Origin: Gammaproteobacteria bacterium
Lineage (GTDB): Bacteria > Pseudomonadota > Gammaproteobacteria > GCA-001735895
Assembly (NCBI GenBank): GCA_029862125.1
Contig: JAOTXY010000011.1
Span: 572-64,571 of the forward strand
DNA length: 64,000 nt
Reading direction: 5' to 3'
Part shown: positions 1 through 13,056 of the stretch, piece after piece
Numbering within the stretch: the first letter of the stretch is position 1
Layout: every line of letters begins with the position of its first letter
Notes under the pieces: generated by a model
What the model saw: only the letters and a program-made list of their open reading frames with translations
What the model was told of the DNA's origin: nothing
Databases searched by the model: none
Made by a program: the position numbers and the translations under genes

Positions 1-1
1 A

Positions 2-1486
2 CTGTCTGCCGGTAATTTGCTGAAGCCTGAAATGGTTGAATCGATGACGCAGAAACCAGTCGTTTTTGCGCTCGCCAACCCGACTCCCGAGATCGATCCG
101 GCCGAGGCCAAACGTGTCTGCCCCGACGTCGTTATTGCCACCGGGCGCACCGATTACCCGAACCAGGTCAATAACGTGCTGTGCTTCCCGTTTCTGTTTC
201 GTGGGGCGCTCGACGCCGGCGCCACGCAAATTAACCATGAAATGAAAATTGCCTGCGTCGATGCGTTATCGAGACTTGCGCGCGCCGGCACCAGCGATGT
301 TGTCGCCAGCGCCTACCGCGGCGAGTCACTGACCTTCGGGCCCGAGTACTTGATCCCCAAACCTTTTGACCAACGCCTTATTCTCGAAATCGCACCGGCG
401 GTGGCGCAGGCCGCGATGGACTCGGGTGTTGCCGAACGGCCGATCGAGGATATGGACGCCTATCGGCAAAAGTTAAACACCTTCGTATTTCGTTCGGGAT
501 TGTTTATGAAGCCGGTGTTCGACATGGCGCGAACCGTCCAGCGCAAGGTGGTCTTTGCAGAGGGAGAGAACCCCAAGGTTCTGCAGGCGGTCGATAATAT
601 TGTCAAGGATCAACTCTGCTTTCCGGTCGTGCTGGGTCGCGAGGAGGTAGTTAAGTCGATTATCAGCGAGTATGGTCTTGTCGCCCGGCCCGGCACGGAT
701 TACGAAATCGTGGATTATGAAGAAAACGAGGAATGGGCGCTGACCTTTCACCGTTTGACCGAACGCCGTGGAAAGACATTGTCGGAAGCCCGTGAAATAT
801 TGCGCAACAGTAAAACCACTCAGGCGGCAATGATGGTCAAGCTGGGGTTGGCCGATACCATGATCACCGGCACCATCGGCCGGTTTCATCGCCACCTTGG
901 CCGCCTGCTGAGCGTGTCTAAACAGGATAACGGTTTTGAAGAGGTTTCGGCGTTAAGCGCCATCATTACCACCAAGTTCACCTTGTTCATTTGCGATACC
1001 CACGTAACGGCAGATCCAACGGCACAGGCGATCGCCGATATGACGGTGCTGGCAGCCAAGGAGGTTGCGCGATTCGGACTGAAGCCCCGGGCGGCGTTGT
1101 TATCTCATTCAAACTTCGGCACCCGTGAAACGCAAACCTCGTGCAAAATGCGTGAGGCATTGTCCCTGATCAACAAGCTCGACCCTGAGCTGATGGTCGA
1201 GGGTGAGATGCAGGCCAACCTGGCGTTGTCTCCGAAGGCGATGGCAAAAGCGTTTCCCAATTCTAATCTCGACGGCGTCGCAAATCTGTTGATTATGCCG
1301 AACCTCGATGCCGCACATATTGCGATGAACCTGGTCAAAATGGGTGCCGATGGCGTTGCGATCGGCCCAATTCTGCTGGGCTGCGATATCGCGGCGCATA
1401 TTGTAACGCCCGGTACTACGGTGCGGGGCCTGGTTAACATGACCGCGATTGCGGCGGCCCGCATCGGGGCCGAGGAAGAGTCTTAA
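2..1486 (+). CDS. maeB: NADP-dependent malic enzyme (MaeB type, with C-terminal phosphotransacetylase-like domain); 5'-partial
   Basis: Frame is open from the window edge (LSAGNLLKPEM...). FALANPTPEI, ATGRTDYPNQVNNVLCFP and a PTA-like C-terminus (LSHSNFG, VEGEMQ, IGPILLG) are present. Confidence 0.95.
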   Translation: MSAGNLLKPEMVESMTQKPVVFALANPTPEIDPAEAKRVCPDVVIATGRTDYPNQVNNVLCFPFLFRGALDAGATQINHEMKIACVDALSRLARAGTSDVVASAYRGESLTFGPEYLIPKPFDQRLILEIAPAVAQAAMDSGVAERPIEDMDAYRQKLNTFVFRSGLFMKPVFDMARTVQRKVVFAEGENPKVLQAVDNIVKDQLCFPVVLGREEVVKSIISEYGLVARPGTDYEIVDYEENEEWALTFHRLTERRGKTLSEAREILRNSKTTQAAMMVKLGLADTMITGTIGRFHRHLGRLLSVSKQDNGFEEVSALSAIITTKFTLFICDTHVTADPTAQAIADMTVLAAKEVARFGLKPRAALLSHSNFGTRETQTSCKMREALSLINKLDPELMVEGEMQANLALSPKAMAKAFPNSNLDGVANLLIMPNLDAAHIAMNLVKMGADGVAIGPILLGCDIAAHIVTPGTTVRGLVNMTAIAAARIGAEEES

Positions 1487-1487
1487 C

Positions 1488-1655
1488 ATGCACCTGGTTA
1501 TTATTCTGCTGGCCGCCCTGGCTTTTTTTATATACCTGACGCTCGGGGTACGTGGCGATCCCGAGCGACGTAAGTTGTTCTTTCTTTACCTCGTCATCGA
1601 CCTGTGGTTGAGTGCAGTATTTTTATACCTGCTGGTCACCGCGTTACTCCACTGA
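1488..1655 (+). CDS. small membrane protein, 55 aa, two hydrophobic segments
   Basis: ATG lies 1 nt after the maeB stop, with GAGGAAG upstream. Sequence MHLVIILLAALAFFIYLTLG...FFLYLVIDLWLSAVFLYLLVTALLH. Confidence 0.55.
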   Translation: MHLVIILLAALAFFIYLTLGVRGDPERRKLFFLYLVIDLWLSAVFLYLLVTALLH

Positions 1656-1825
1656 AACTAGATACCCCGTTTAAACGATCTAGTCGTCGTTCTTGAAATC
1701 CAGCATGTCGGCTGAGCGATAGCCTTGAACTCTGATAGAGATTTACACTGTCCCGGTAGATTAGTAATAGCTGGGCTTTGATCGTTGTTTCGACGACGAT
1801 TGTTTAATTTGATGAGGTATCTGTA

Positions 1826-2767
1826 ATGAGTCATACGCAGTACGCACCGGCAAGACCGCGCTTGCAGCGTAGTGAACTGGCCGTGCCGGGATCAAACCCG
1901 GGGATGTTCGAAAAGGCGGCCGACAGTGCCGCGGATTACGTGTTTCTGGATCTCGAGGATGCGGTATCCCCGGGCGACAAGGTACAGGCTCGCAAAAACG
2001 TAATCGAGGCGCTCAACGATATCGACTGGCGCGGCAGGGGCAAAACAGTTTCGGTCCGTATCAACAGTCTCGATACCCATTACATGTATCGTGATGTCGT
2101 CGACGTTGTCGAACAGGCAGGCGATCGTCTGGATACCATCCTCATTCCCAAGGTCGGTGTTGCCGCCGACGTTTACATGGTCGATGCGATGTTGACCCAA
2201 ATTGAAACCGCGCAGGGGTTTGATAACCGTATCGGGCTCGAAGCGCTGATCGAAATCACCCTCGGTATGGCCAACGTGGATTCGATCGCCACGTCCAGTT
2301 CGCGCATGGAAGCAATGCATTTCGGGGTCGCCGATTATGCCGCAAGCTGCCGAGCGCGCACCACCAATATCGGTGGCCTGAACCCGGATTATCCGGGTGA
2401 TCAATGGCACCATGGCCTGTCGCGCATGCTGGTCGCCTGCCGCGCTTATGGATTGCGGGCAATCGATGGTCCTTTCGGGGACTTTAACGATCCTGACGGC
2501 TATCTCGACGCTGCGCGTCGCGCGGCGGCGATGGGTTATGAAGGCAAGTGGGCGATCCATCCTTCCCAGATCGATCTTGCCAATGAAATTTACTCACCGC
2601 CAGAGGCCGAGGTTGATCGCGCTCGACGCATCCTGGCGGCACTGGAAGAAGCGGCGGCAGCAGGCAAGGGTGCGGCACAACTCGACGGTCGCATGATCGA
2701 CGCAGCATCGGCGCGCATGGCTGAAAACGTCGTTAATACCGATGCAGCCATTCAGGCTAAACAGTAA
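1826..2767 (+). CDS. mcl: malyl-CoA lyase (CitE/HpcH family)
   Basis: RLQRSELAVPGSNP, FLDLEDAV, DTHYMYRDVVDV, FGVADYAAS, GFEGKWAIHPSQ-like motifs match Methylobacterium-type Mcl; adjacent to mtkAB. Confidence 0.9.
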   Translation: MSHTQYAPARPRLQRSELAVPGSNPGMFEKAADSAADYVFLDLEDAVSPGDKVQARKNVIEALNDIDWRGRGKTVSVRINSLDTHYMYRDVVDVVEQAGDRLDTILIPKVGVAADVYMVDAMLTQIETAQGFDNRIGLEALIEITLGMANVDSIATSSSRMEAMHFGVADYAASCRARTTNIGGLNPDYPGDQWHHGLSRMLVACRAYGLRAIDGPFGDFNDPDGYLDAARRAAAMGYEGKWAIHPSQIDLANEIYSPPEAEVDRARRILAALEEAAAAGKGAAQLDGRMIDAASARMAENVVNTDAAIQAKQ

Positions 2768-2791
2768 CGTTTTCGAAGCGGGAGAGGATCG

Positions 2792-3994
2792 ATGGATATT
2801 CATGAATACCAGGCGAAGGTGCTGCTGGCCGATTTTGGCATGCCGATCGCCAGGGGTGGCATCGCTTACAGCCCTGAGCAGGCTGCGTATCGAGCTATGG
2901 AACTCGGCGGCGAGAAGTGGGTCGTCAAGGCCCAGATTCATTCCGGGGCGCGCGGCAAGGCGGGCGGCATCAAGGTTTGCGCCACTGAAAACGAAGTCAT
3001 GGATGCTGCCAATGAATTGCTGGGCCGACGCCTGGTAACCAATCAAACCGGCTCACAGGGTAAGTTGGTAGGGCGGCTGTATATTGAAGAGGCGACCGAT
3101 ATCGATCGCGAGATATACCTGGCCTTTGTGCTCGACCGCAGTTCGGAGCGAATAATGTGCGTTGCATCATCAGCGGGTGGCATGGACATCGAAGAGATTG
3201 TCGAAACCGATCCCGACGCGATCGTGCGCGTACCGATCGAACCAGCAGTAGGGATGCAGGATTTTCAGGCTCGTGAAATTGCGTTTGCGCTGGGTATGGA
3301 TTCCGCGCAAATTGCCGAAGCGGTGAAGGCGCTGAAAGCCTGTTATCGTGCTTTTCGTGACCTGGATGCGACCATGGTCGAAGTCAATCCGTTGGTGGTG
3401 ACCACCGATGGCCGCATCATCGCGCTAGACGCCAAGATGGGCTTCGATGACAACGCACTGTTCCGCAGACCGCAGATATCCGAGTTACGCGACAAGTCCC
3501 AGGAAGATGCACGCGAAATGAATGCCGCGGACCGGGGCCTGAGCTATGTCGGACTGGATGGCAATATTGGCTGTATCATCAACGGCGCAGGGCTCGCGAT
3601 GGCGACCATGGATATGATCAAGCATGTCGGCGGCGAACCTGCTAACTTTCTCGATATTGGCGGTGGCGCATCGCCCGAGCGGGTTGCCAAGGCATTTAAC
3701 CTGGTATTGTCGGACGAAGGGGTCGATGCAATCCTGGTTAATATTTTCGCGGGAATCAACCGTTGCGACTGGGTTGCCGAGGGCGTGATCCAGGCGATGC
3801 AGAAACTCGACGTGCCGGTACCGGTGGTGGTACGGCTTTCAGGCACCAATGTTGAACTCGGACGGCAGATACTGGCCGATAGCGATATCGATCTGATCAC
3901 TGCAGAAACTCTCGCCGAGGCGGCCGAAAAGGCAGTGTCTGCCGCACAACTTCATCAATCGGCCAGCACCGATGTTAAGGAGGACCGAATATGA
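2792..3994 (+). CDS. mtkA: malate--CoA ligase (malate thiokinase) beta subunit
   Basis: SucC fold ([35 protein letters not shown]) with MtkA-type [12 protein letters not shown] and [10 protein letters not shown]; follows mcl. Confidence 0.88.
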   Translation: MDIHEYQAKVLLADFGMPIARGGIAYSPEQAAYRAMELGGEKWVVKAQIHSGARGKAGGIKVCATENEVMDAANELLGRRLVTNQTGSQGKLVGRLYIEEATDIDREIYLAFVLDRSSERIMCVASSAGGMDIEEIVETDPDAIVRVPIEPAVGMQDFQAREIAFALGMDSAQIAEAVKALKACYRAFRDLDATMVEVNPLVVTTDGRIIALDAKMGFDDNALFRRPQISELRDKSQEDAREMNAADRGLSYVGLDGNIGCIINGAGLAMATMDMIKHVGGEPANFLDIGGGASPERVAKAFNLVLSDEGVDAILVNIFAGINRCDWVAEGVIQAMQKLDVPVPVVVRLSGTNVELGRQILADSDIDLITAETLAEAAEKAVSAAQLHQSASTDVKEDRI

Positions 3995-4878
3995 GCATCT
4001 TCCTCGACCAAACAACAGCCGTTATCGTGCAGGGATTTACCGGTCGTATCGGCACTTTCCATGCTCAGGAAATGATCGACTATGGCACCAACCTGGTGGG
4101 TGGAGTGACGCCTGGTAAGGGCGGGGAAAGACATCTCGAGCGCCCGGTTTTCAACACGGTCAAGGATGCTGTGCGCGATACCGGTGCAGTCGCAAGCGTG
4201 GTCTTCGTACCACCTCCATTTGCCGCCGATGCGATCATGGAAGCGGCAGATGCGGGCATACGTTTTTGCGTTTGTGTCACCGACGGCATACCGGCGCAGG
4301 ACATGATGCGCGTTAAACGTTACATGCGACGCTATAGGAAAGAAGATCGCATGACCCTGACCGGCCCTAATTGTGCCGGTACGATCAGCCCCGGCAAGGC
4401 TATGATGGGAATCATGCCGGGCCATATTTACATGCAGGGTAATGTTGGACTCATCGGCCGTTCTGGCACACTGGGTTATGAAGCCGCGTCGCAGATGAAG
4501 GCGATGGGAATTGGAATATCGACCGGTGTTGGCATCGGCGGAGATCCCATCAACGGCAGCGCGTTTCGCGATCACCTCGAACGTTTCGAACAGGACCCGG
4601 AGACTAATCTCGTGGTCATGATCGGTGAGATCGGCGGACCCCAGGAAGCCGAGGCCGCAGCATTCGCCCGTGACCATATGCAAAAACCGGTACTCGCCTA
4701 CATCGCCGGCCTCACCGCGCCCAGGGGGCGAACCATGGGACACGCGGGGGCAATTGTGACCAGCGCCGGTGAATCAGCCGCGGAAAAGGTCGAAATTCTG
4801 CGTGCTGCCGGGGTCGGCATTATCGTCAGGCCTTCCGAGTTTGGTAATGCCGTCGCAGAGGCACTTTCAAAGTTGTAA
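3991..4878 (+). CDS. mtkB: malate--CoA ligase alpha subunit
   Basis: SucD fold with MtkB-type [19 protein letters not shown] and phospho-His motif MGHAGA; 4-bp overlap with mtkA. Confidence 0.88.
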   Translation: MSIFLDQTTAVIVQGFTGRIGTFHAQEMIDYGTNLVGGVTPGKGGERHLERPVFNTVKDAVRDTGAVASVVFVPPPFAADAIMEAADAGIRFCVCVTDGIPAQDMMRVKRYMRRYRKEDRMTLTGPNCAGTISPGKAMMGIMPGHIYMQGNVGLIGRSGTLGYEAASQMKAMGIGISTGVGIGGDPINGSAFRDHLERFEQDPETNLVVMIGEIGGPQEAEAAAFARDHMQKPVLAYIAGLTAPRGRTMGHAGAIVTSAGESAAEKVEILRAAGVGIIVRPSEFGNAVAEALSKL

Positions 4879-4930
4879 CGCGCAGCCATATCCAGATCCC
4901 GGCACCTAGACCGGGACGACAGCACGATTC

Positions 4931-7054
4931 TTAGTATATGTAGTCACCAACAATCTCTACCAGGTGGTCGATCCAGCGTTCCGGGATGGGCTCGGTCAGT
5001 TCCGGCGATCCGAGAAAATCCGGTACAAATAAGCGTTCCAGCAATTGCCCGGCTACTTTTGGGTCTGAACTCGCGATATTCAGTTCCCGGTTGATGCGCA
5101 GGCTCAGGCGATCGAAGTTGGCGGAGCCGACACAGACCCAACCGTCATAAATCGCTGCCTTAACATGTGAAAAACCCGGGTAGATATACACCCGAATACC
5201 ATGCTTCAGCATCACGTTAGCGGCCAGAACATTACTGCGGGTGATAGGGCCGTGGTCGGTTTCCATCGGGATGATAACGCGCACGTCAACGCCCCGGCGG
5301 CGGGCCATGACCAGCTCGCGCAGCAATCGATCGTCGGTGAAGTAGGCATTTTGAACGTAAATATATCGCTGCGCCCGCTGTATCGCTGCAAGCTGTGCAT
5401 TGTAGATCTCGTAGTTGCCGGCTCCAGTCAGCAACACCCGTAGCGATGGTCCCTCGTGCGTAGTGTCTTTAACAGTCGGTGCGGTTTTCGAGATTACGTA
5501 ACCGAGGTCACCCAGCGGACCGGAATGCATCCATGAGGTCCGAAATTCGCGTGCCAGGGTGCTGACCACCGGTCCGCGCAGTTCCATCATCAGATCGTGC
5601 CAGTCGTAGCGATATTCACGACCGATATTCATACCACCGACATACGCTGTTTTCTGATCGATGATGGTGCTTTTGATGTGATCACCCGTGAACCAGGGAT
5701 TGGCTTTCTGGCGCACGGCTACCTGCGAATCGGCCTCCAGGAACCAATGTACCGAGGCAGGCGGCTCATGGTGCTCGGGTAAAGACTCGGAGTCCGACAT
5801 GGTTCCCCCGATAGTGCCCAGTCCATCAAACAGGACTTTTACCTCGATCCCTTCGTTGGAGCGCCGTTTTAGCAACTCGGCTATCCTTACCGCAAAATCG
5901 TCGTTATCAAAAATATAAGTCTGCAGGTGCACCGAATGCTCTGCTTGCGTGACGGTATCGATAAAACGTGTAAAGAAAGCCTCGCCATCGACCAGGAAAT
6001 CGACACTGCCGGTCGATTTCGAACGGCTGGATATCTTGTCGAGTTCGCTTTCCCAGATTTGCAGGTCCATCGGTGGCGACTCGCTGAGCTCTGGTACCGG
6101 TTTATTGGCCAGTCCGGTCATCCAGTCGAGGCGTAGCGTGGCGATAGTTGTGTCCGTAACCACGAAAAACAGTCGGTACAACGAGGACACGGGGCGTAAA
6201 AGAAGATCGGTAAGGTGACTTCGCATTACATGCCCGAAGGCCTGGCCACCCTTCAATCCGGGCATGCTTGTTACCGCGACTGCCTGCTGCGGCTCGTTTC
6301 TGATAAATACCAGTAAATGACGGTTGGTGTTGACGTAAAGAAACGGGAGTGAATACCAACCTGTGTCCCCGGTGTTGAACACAAACTCGGTCTCGGTGAT
6401 GCCCTGTTCACTAAGATAAGCCTCCAGGATTGGGCGCCCGCGGCGCATGAACTCGTCAAAGCGAAGCATTGTATGCACCCGGTAATCGGCCGGCTTGTCG
6501 GTTAGTCGTGTTGCCTGGAATTCGCCGTTTTCATCATAGAACAGGAAGTACTCGGTATATCCAAAATCGACGACCACTCCTTTACCGTCATCGGGTACCA
6601 CGGCGCGCAATAGCCGGTTACGCAGCAGCTGCCACTGGTCGACGCCCAGGATAGGCACCTCGACCAGAACCTGTGGCAGTGATTCCCATGGGGTTTCCTG
6701 GTGATATTCCATGGGCACAAGGCTTGGAGTTGCATAATTGGAGGGTGGCGTTAACGGTGGATCGATCAGCTCCAAGCGGTTGCGCCAGTTGCCACCGGCG
6801 TAGCTTATGCGGTCACCGATACGATACTTGACGAAGAAATTATCGGGGCCACGATAACCCTCCAACGCGATCATTGGCAGGGCACTCGAGTCTGCGCCAG
6901 CGTCCATCTGCGCGAGATTTGCCGGGGTGCTCGCGCATCCGGGCAGCAGGGTGGCGAGAACCAGAATTACGATAGTGTTCGACAGGGTTCTCAATACGAG
7001 CACACTAGGCAAGGGCCCGCTGGCAGCAATCATGGCGGCTGAAGTCGCGCGCAT
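4931..7054 (-). CDS. phospholipase D / cardiolipin synthase-like protein, probable lipoprotein with long N-terminal domain
   Basis: Two HKD motifs (HIKSTIID, HVKAAIYD-SANFD); lipobox-like LLPG-C. True start may be TTG at 6994. Confidence 0.85.
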   Translation of the reverse strand: MRATSAAMIAASGPLPSVLVLRTLSNTIVILVLATLLPGCASTPANLAQMDAGADSSALPMIALEGYRGPDNFFVKYRIGDRISYAGGNWRNRLELIDPPLTPPSNYATPSLVPMEYHQETPWESLPQVLVEVPILGVDQWQLLRNRLLRAVVPDDGKGVVVDFGYTEYFLFYDENGEFQATRLTDKPADYRVHTMLRFDEFMRRGRPILEAYLSEQGITETEFVFNTGDTGWYSLPFLYVNTNRHLLVFIRNEPQQAVAVTSMPGLKGGQAFGHVMRSHLTDLLLRPVSSLYRLFFVVTDTTIATLRLDWMTGLANKPVPELSESPPMDLQIWESELDKISSRSKSTGSVDFLVDGEAFFTRFIDTVTQAEHSVHLQTYIFDNDDFAVRIAELLKRRSNEGIEVKVLFDGLGTIGGTMSDSESLPEHHEPPASVHWFLEADSQVAVRQKANPWFTGDHIKSTIIDQKTAYVGGMNIGREYRYDWHDLMMELRGPVVSTLAREFRTSWMHSGPLGDLGYVISKTAPTVKDTTHEGPSLRVLLTGAGNYEIYNAQLAAIQRAQRYIYVQNAYFTDDRLLRELVMARRRGVDVRVIIPMETDHGPITRSNVLAANVMLKHGIRVYIYPGFSHVKAAIYDGWVCVGSANFDRLSLRINRELNIASSDPKVAGQLLERLFVPDFLGSPELTEPIPERWIDHLVEIVGDYIY

Positions 7055-7123
7055 GGCATCTTGCTGGATGCACAGCTGATGGTCTCGAGCCGGGATATTA
7101 GCGCTACCCGTAGGAGCCAGATT

Positions 7124-7540
7124 TTACTTCACCATGATGGTGATTTGCTGCGACATAACCGGTGGGTTGTGCGGCGTATGGGTAAAGTCGGCGAGCAGCA
7201 ACTGCAGCGTATGCTTGCCCGGGGCGAGTTCAATTACCACCTCGGTCTGGCCACCGCCGAAATGCCGGTGCTTGTCATCCGCCGGGATGGGTTTGCCCAG
7301 ATCAGGAACGGTGGTATCGATGAGCAGGTGATGATGTCCTGTCTTCGCCTTGTCGATACCCGCAGGTGCGACACCCATTCCAGACAATCCGAAAACGACC
7401 TTAAATGGAGATGTGACGGCTTCGCCATGCCCCGGGGAAACGATGTAAACGCTGGCTCCATCAGGCGCTGAGGTATTGCCGGCATGGGCATTTAAGGTCA
7501 ATGCCAGCAGGCAGGCTAATATTATCCTGGAAATATTCAT
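7124..7540 (-). CDS. DUF4399 domain secreted protein
   Basis: Signal peptide; VYIVSP, GHHHLLID, HFGGGQTE, LAPGKHTLQLLLAD motifs. Confidence 0.85.
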   Translation of the reverse strand: MNISRIILACLLALTLNAHAGNTSAPDGASVYIVSPGHGEAVTSPFKVVFGLSGMGVAPAGIDKAKTGHHHLLIDTTVPDLGKPIPADDKHRHFGGGQTEVVIELAPGKHTLQLLLADFTHTPHNPPVMSQQITIMVK

Positions 7541-7598
7541 AATTCTCTCCTCACTCGCAGCCAGGGTTGCATGATTTTAATCGTTACGCGAGCTAATA

Positions 7599-7639
7599 AA
7601 TATAGCGCTTTTAGCTTGTCGGGCTTTGATACAGGTCAA
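7599..7639 (-). promoter_or_regulatory. FNR/CRP-family box with -10 element (class II geometry) upstream of the DUF4399 gene
   Basis: TTGAT-ACAG-GTCAA at 7626-7639 (1 mismatch to TTGAT-N4-ATCAA); TATATT on the minus strand at 7604-7599 places the box centre near -41. Confidence 0.55.
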
Positions 7640-7758
7640 TTGTGACATCAGCCAGGTTGCTGGCTATATACCGGAATGACTGCCTCACGATGTTGATCGA
7701 AATAGAGGCTATCGCCTACATCGGTGAATAATAGTTAATCCGGAAACGGTTTGATGCG

Positions 7759-8403
7759 CTAAATCCAGCGATTCAAAGCCGATTCGAATTCATCGCGACT
7801 GATTTCGATTGCACCCAGCGAATGCAAGTGACCGGTTGGCAGCTGGCAATCGATCATTTCGTAGTTACCCGAATCAACCAGGTGTTTGAGGCAGAGCTTG
7901 GAGGCATTGGCCGCACGACTGAACATGGATTCACCGAAAAATATTTTGCCGAGTCCGATACCGTAAAGTCCACCTACGAGTTCATCCTGGTGACGACATT
8001 CTATCGAATGCGCAAATCCGGCATGGTGCATCTCGATATAGGCATCGATCATTTGCGAGTTGATCCAGGTGCCGCTCTGACCTTCGCGGTCAGCGGCGCA
8101 GGCTTCGATTACGGCCTCGAAATCCTGGTCCAGGGTTATCTGGTAACGCTGTTGACGAGCCAGTTTCTGCAGGCTTTTACTTTGATAAAAGCGTTTGGGG
8201 TAAAGCACCGTGCGTGGGGCTGGACACCACCACAGAATCGGTTCACTTTCACTGAACCACGGAAAAATACCCTGTCGATAGGCAACCAGCAGCCATTCCA
8301 CGTCGAGTCTTCCGCCCGCGGCCAGTAATCCAGCCGGTTCGGCAAGCACCGAGGCGGTGTCCGGGAAATACGGTTTTGCCGTTGCTTCTAACCAGGGAAC
8401 CAT
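7759..8403 (-). CDS. aat: leucyl/phenylalanyl-tRNA--protein transferase
   Basis: GLLAAGG, AYRQGIFPWF, PILWW, HSIEC, LVGGLYG, FFGESMFS, IDCQL. Confidence 0.95.
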   Translation of the reverse strand: MVPWLEATAKPYFPDTASVLAEPAGLLAAGGRLDVEWLLVAYRQGIFPWFSESEPILWWCPAPRTVLYPKRFYQSKSLQKLARQQRYQITLDQDFEAVIEACAADREGQSGTWINSQMIDAYIEMHHAGFAHSIECRHQDELVGGLYGIGLGKIFFGESMFSRAANASKLCLKHLVDSGNYEMIDCQLPTGHLHSLGAIEISRDEFESALNRWI

Positions 8404-8447
8404 ATATAAAACAAATGTTTACAATACAAAGTTAAAGTTGAATATAT

Positions 8448-10653
<2,206 letters not shown>

Positions 10654-10728
10654 TCAATGTTATTAGTTCTGGTTCCCAGCCAAGCTGATCATGTAAAATA
10701 AGCCGCTTTACGCAGGGCATTTATCAAA

Positions 10729-13056
10729 GTGGCGCAAGCTAGACACAAACGACGTTCCGATGAACAGGACGCCAGGCTGATGTTCGGCCAGGTTAATCAA
10801 CGCCTGCGCGAAGCCGGCATGCTGCTTTCGTTTGCACTCGCAGGCTACTTCCTGGTCGCGATGTTCAGTTACGACGCGCTGGATCCATCCTGGTCGCATA
10901 GCGGCAGTAATACTGAAATCAGCAACTTCGGTGGCACCGCGGGTGCCTGGATTGCTGACCTGACCTTCTACCTGTTTGGTTTCCTCGCTTTCCTGCTGCC
11001 GATTATGCTGATTTATAACGGCATGATCCTGGTCAGGATGCGGGAAATGAGCCCTGAAGACCGTTACCAGTTGCTGGTCATTCGCTGGAGCGGTTTCGTA
11101 CTGACCTTAATTTCGGGCTGCGCGCTGTCGAGTATTCACTTTTCGATAGAACCCGGCGCCATGCCGCTCGATGCAGGCGGGATTCTCGGGCAGATCGCGG
11201 GCAATTATTTTTCCCAGGGACTTGGTTTCATTGGTGCCACGGTAATGCACCTGGCGTTATTTTTGGCCGGTTTGACCCTGTTCACCGGGCTGTCGTGGCT
11301 GGCATTGATCGACAATGTCGGCAAGTACACGCTGCTGTTGCTGGACAAACTGCTCGACCGGTATTACCTGATGCGGGACAGGGCGGAGGGCAATCGCAAC
11401 CGCAGCGAGCGTGACCAGGTATTCCAGGTGCAGCAGAGGAAACTAGAAAAACGCAAACCGGTGAAAATCGAACCGGTGGTGGAAAATATCGAACCGAGTG
11501 TGCGGGTCGAGAAAGAGAAACAGATACCGCTGTTTAAAACCGTTGGCAAGGGCAATAGCACGATTCCACCGCTGGCGCTGCTGGATAAACCCAGGCCGAA
11601 GGTTGCCGGTTACTCCAAGTCGGCACTTGAAGCAATGTCGCAGCAGCTGGAATTGAAGCTACTCGATTTCGGTATTGAGATCCAGGTCGAATCGGTGCAC
11701 CCGGGTCCGGTCATTACGCGCTTCGAGATTCTGCCCGCACCGGGTGTCAAGGTTAGCCAGATTTCAAATCTCTCCAAGGACCTGGCTCGTGCACTCTCGG
11801 TTATCGCGGTGCGGGTTGTCGAAATCATTCCGGGTAAATCGGTAATGGGGCTCGAGATTCCGAACGAGAATCGGGAGCTGGTTGCGTTAAGCGAGATCAT
11901 CCAGTCAAAAAGTTTCGACCAGGCTGCTTCGCCGTTGACACTCGCCCTCGGCAAAGACATTAGCGGTGAAGCGATCGTTGCCGACCTGGCCAGGATGCCG
12001 CACCTGCTGGTTGCCGGTACCACCGGTTCCGGTAAATCGGTTGCGATTAATGCAATGCTGCTCAGTATCCTGTTCAAGGCGACCCCGGAAGACGTACGCA
12101 TGATCCTGATAGATCCGAAAATGCTCGAACTCAACATCTATGAAGGCATTCCGCATCTGATTGCGCCGGTGGTAACCGACATGAAGGAAGCAGCCAACGC
12201 GCTACGCTGGTGCGTGGCGGAGATGGAACGGCGTTACCGACTGATGGCTTCGCTTGGCGTGCGTAATATCGCCGGCTACAACCGCAAGATCCGCGAGGCA
12301 ATTGCCGCGGGAACACCGATTAAGGATCCGTTATTTGACAAGAAGACGCTGTTACTGGACCCCGATGCCGAGCCTGAAGACCTCGAAACCCTGCCGTATA
12401 TTGTTGTCGTTGTCGATGAATTCGCTGACATGATTATGGTGGTGGGTAAGAAGGTCGAGGAACTGATTGCTCGACTGGCACAGAAAGCTCGCGCCTCGGG
12501 CCTGCACCTGTTGCTGGCAACGCAACGCCCGTCGGTGGATGTGATTACCGGGTTGATCAAGTCGAATATTCCAACCCGCATCGCTTTCCAGGTGTCATCC
12601 AAAATAGATTCGCGCACCATCCTCGATCAAATGGGTGCGGAAACCCTGCTCGGGCACGGCGATATGCTTTACCTGCCGCCAGGCACCAGTGTGCCCGAGC
12701 GTGTCCATGGCGCTTTCGTCGATGATCACGAGGTGCATGCCGTGATCAACGAAATCAAGAAGTCGGGTGAACCAAATTACATAACCGATGTCCTTGAAGA
12801 ATCATCCTCGGCGGTATTGCCGGGAGAGGGACCGCGTGATTCCAATGGTGAAGAGGCGGACCCGCTTTATGACGAGGCAGTCGCCGTGGTTACCGAGACT
12901 CGCAAGGCTTCGATTTCCTACGTGCAGCGGCGCCTGAAGATCGGCTATAACCGGGCCGCGCGCATGATTGAAGAAATGGAAGCATCCGGTGTCGTCTCCA
13001 TGGTGCAATCAAACGGTAGCCGGGAAGTGCTAGCGCCACCACCTCCAGCGGATTGA
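10729..13056 (+). CDS. ftsK: DNA translocase FtsK
   Basis: N-terminal TM domain, Walker [27 protein letters not shown], gamma domain ([16 protein letters not shown]). Confidence 0.98.
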   Translation: MAQARHKRRSDEQDARLMFGQVNQRLREAGMLLSFALAGYFLVAMFSYDALDPSWSHSGSNTEISNFGGTAGAWIADLTFYLFGFLAFLLPIMLIYNGMILVRMREMSPEDRYQLLVIRWSGFVLTLISGCALSSIHFSIEPGAMPLDAGGILGQIAGNYFSQGLGFIGATVMHLALFLAGLTLFTGLSWLALIDNVGKYTLLLLDKLLDRYYLMRDRAEGNRNRSERDQVFQVQQRKLEKRKPVKIEPVVENIEPSVRVEKEKQIPLFKTVGKGNSTIPPLALLDKPRPKVAGYSKSALEAMSQQLELKLLDFGIEIQVESVHPGPVITRFEILPAPGVKVSQISNLSKDLARALSVIAVRVVEIIPGKSVMGLEIPNENRELVALSEIIQSKSFDQAASPLTLALGKDISGEAIVADLARMPHLLVAGTTGSGKSVAINAMLLSILFKATPEDVRMILIDPKMLELNIYEGIPHLIAPVVTDMKEAANALRWCVAEMERRYRLMASLGVRNIAGYNRKIREAIAAGTPIKDPLFDKKTLLLDPDAEPEDLETLPYIVVVVDEFADMIMVVGKKVEELIARLAQKARASGLHLLLATQRPSVDVITGLIKSNIPTRIAFQVSSKIDSRTILDQMGAETLLGHGDMLYLPPGTSVPERVHGAFVDDHEVHAVINEIKKSGEPNYITDVLEESSSAVLPGEGPRDSNGEEADPLYDEAVAVVTETRKASISYVQRRLKIGYNRAARMIEEMEASGVVSMVQSNGSREVLAPPPPAD

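Noticed and set aside
3955-4743. Long antisense ORFs (also 17507-18223, 11610-12137, 32333-32884 and similar)
   Set aside because: They shadow well-supported genes on the opposite strand and have no motifs.
2792-4878. Calling the ligase pair sucCD
   Set aside because: Sequence motifs and adjacency to mcl fit MtkAB better; there is no sucAB context.
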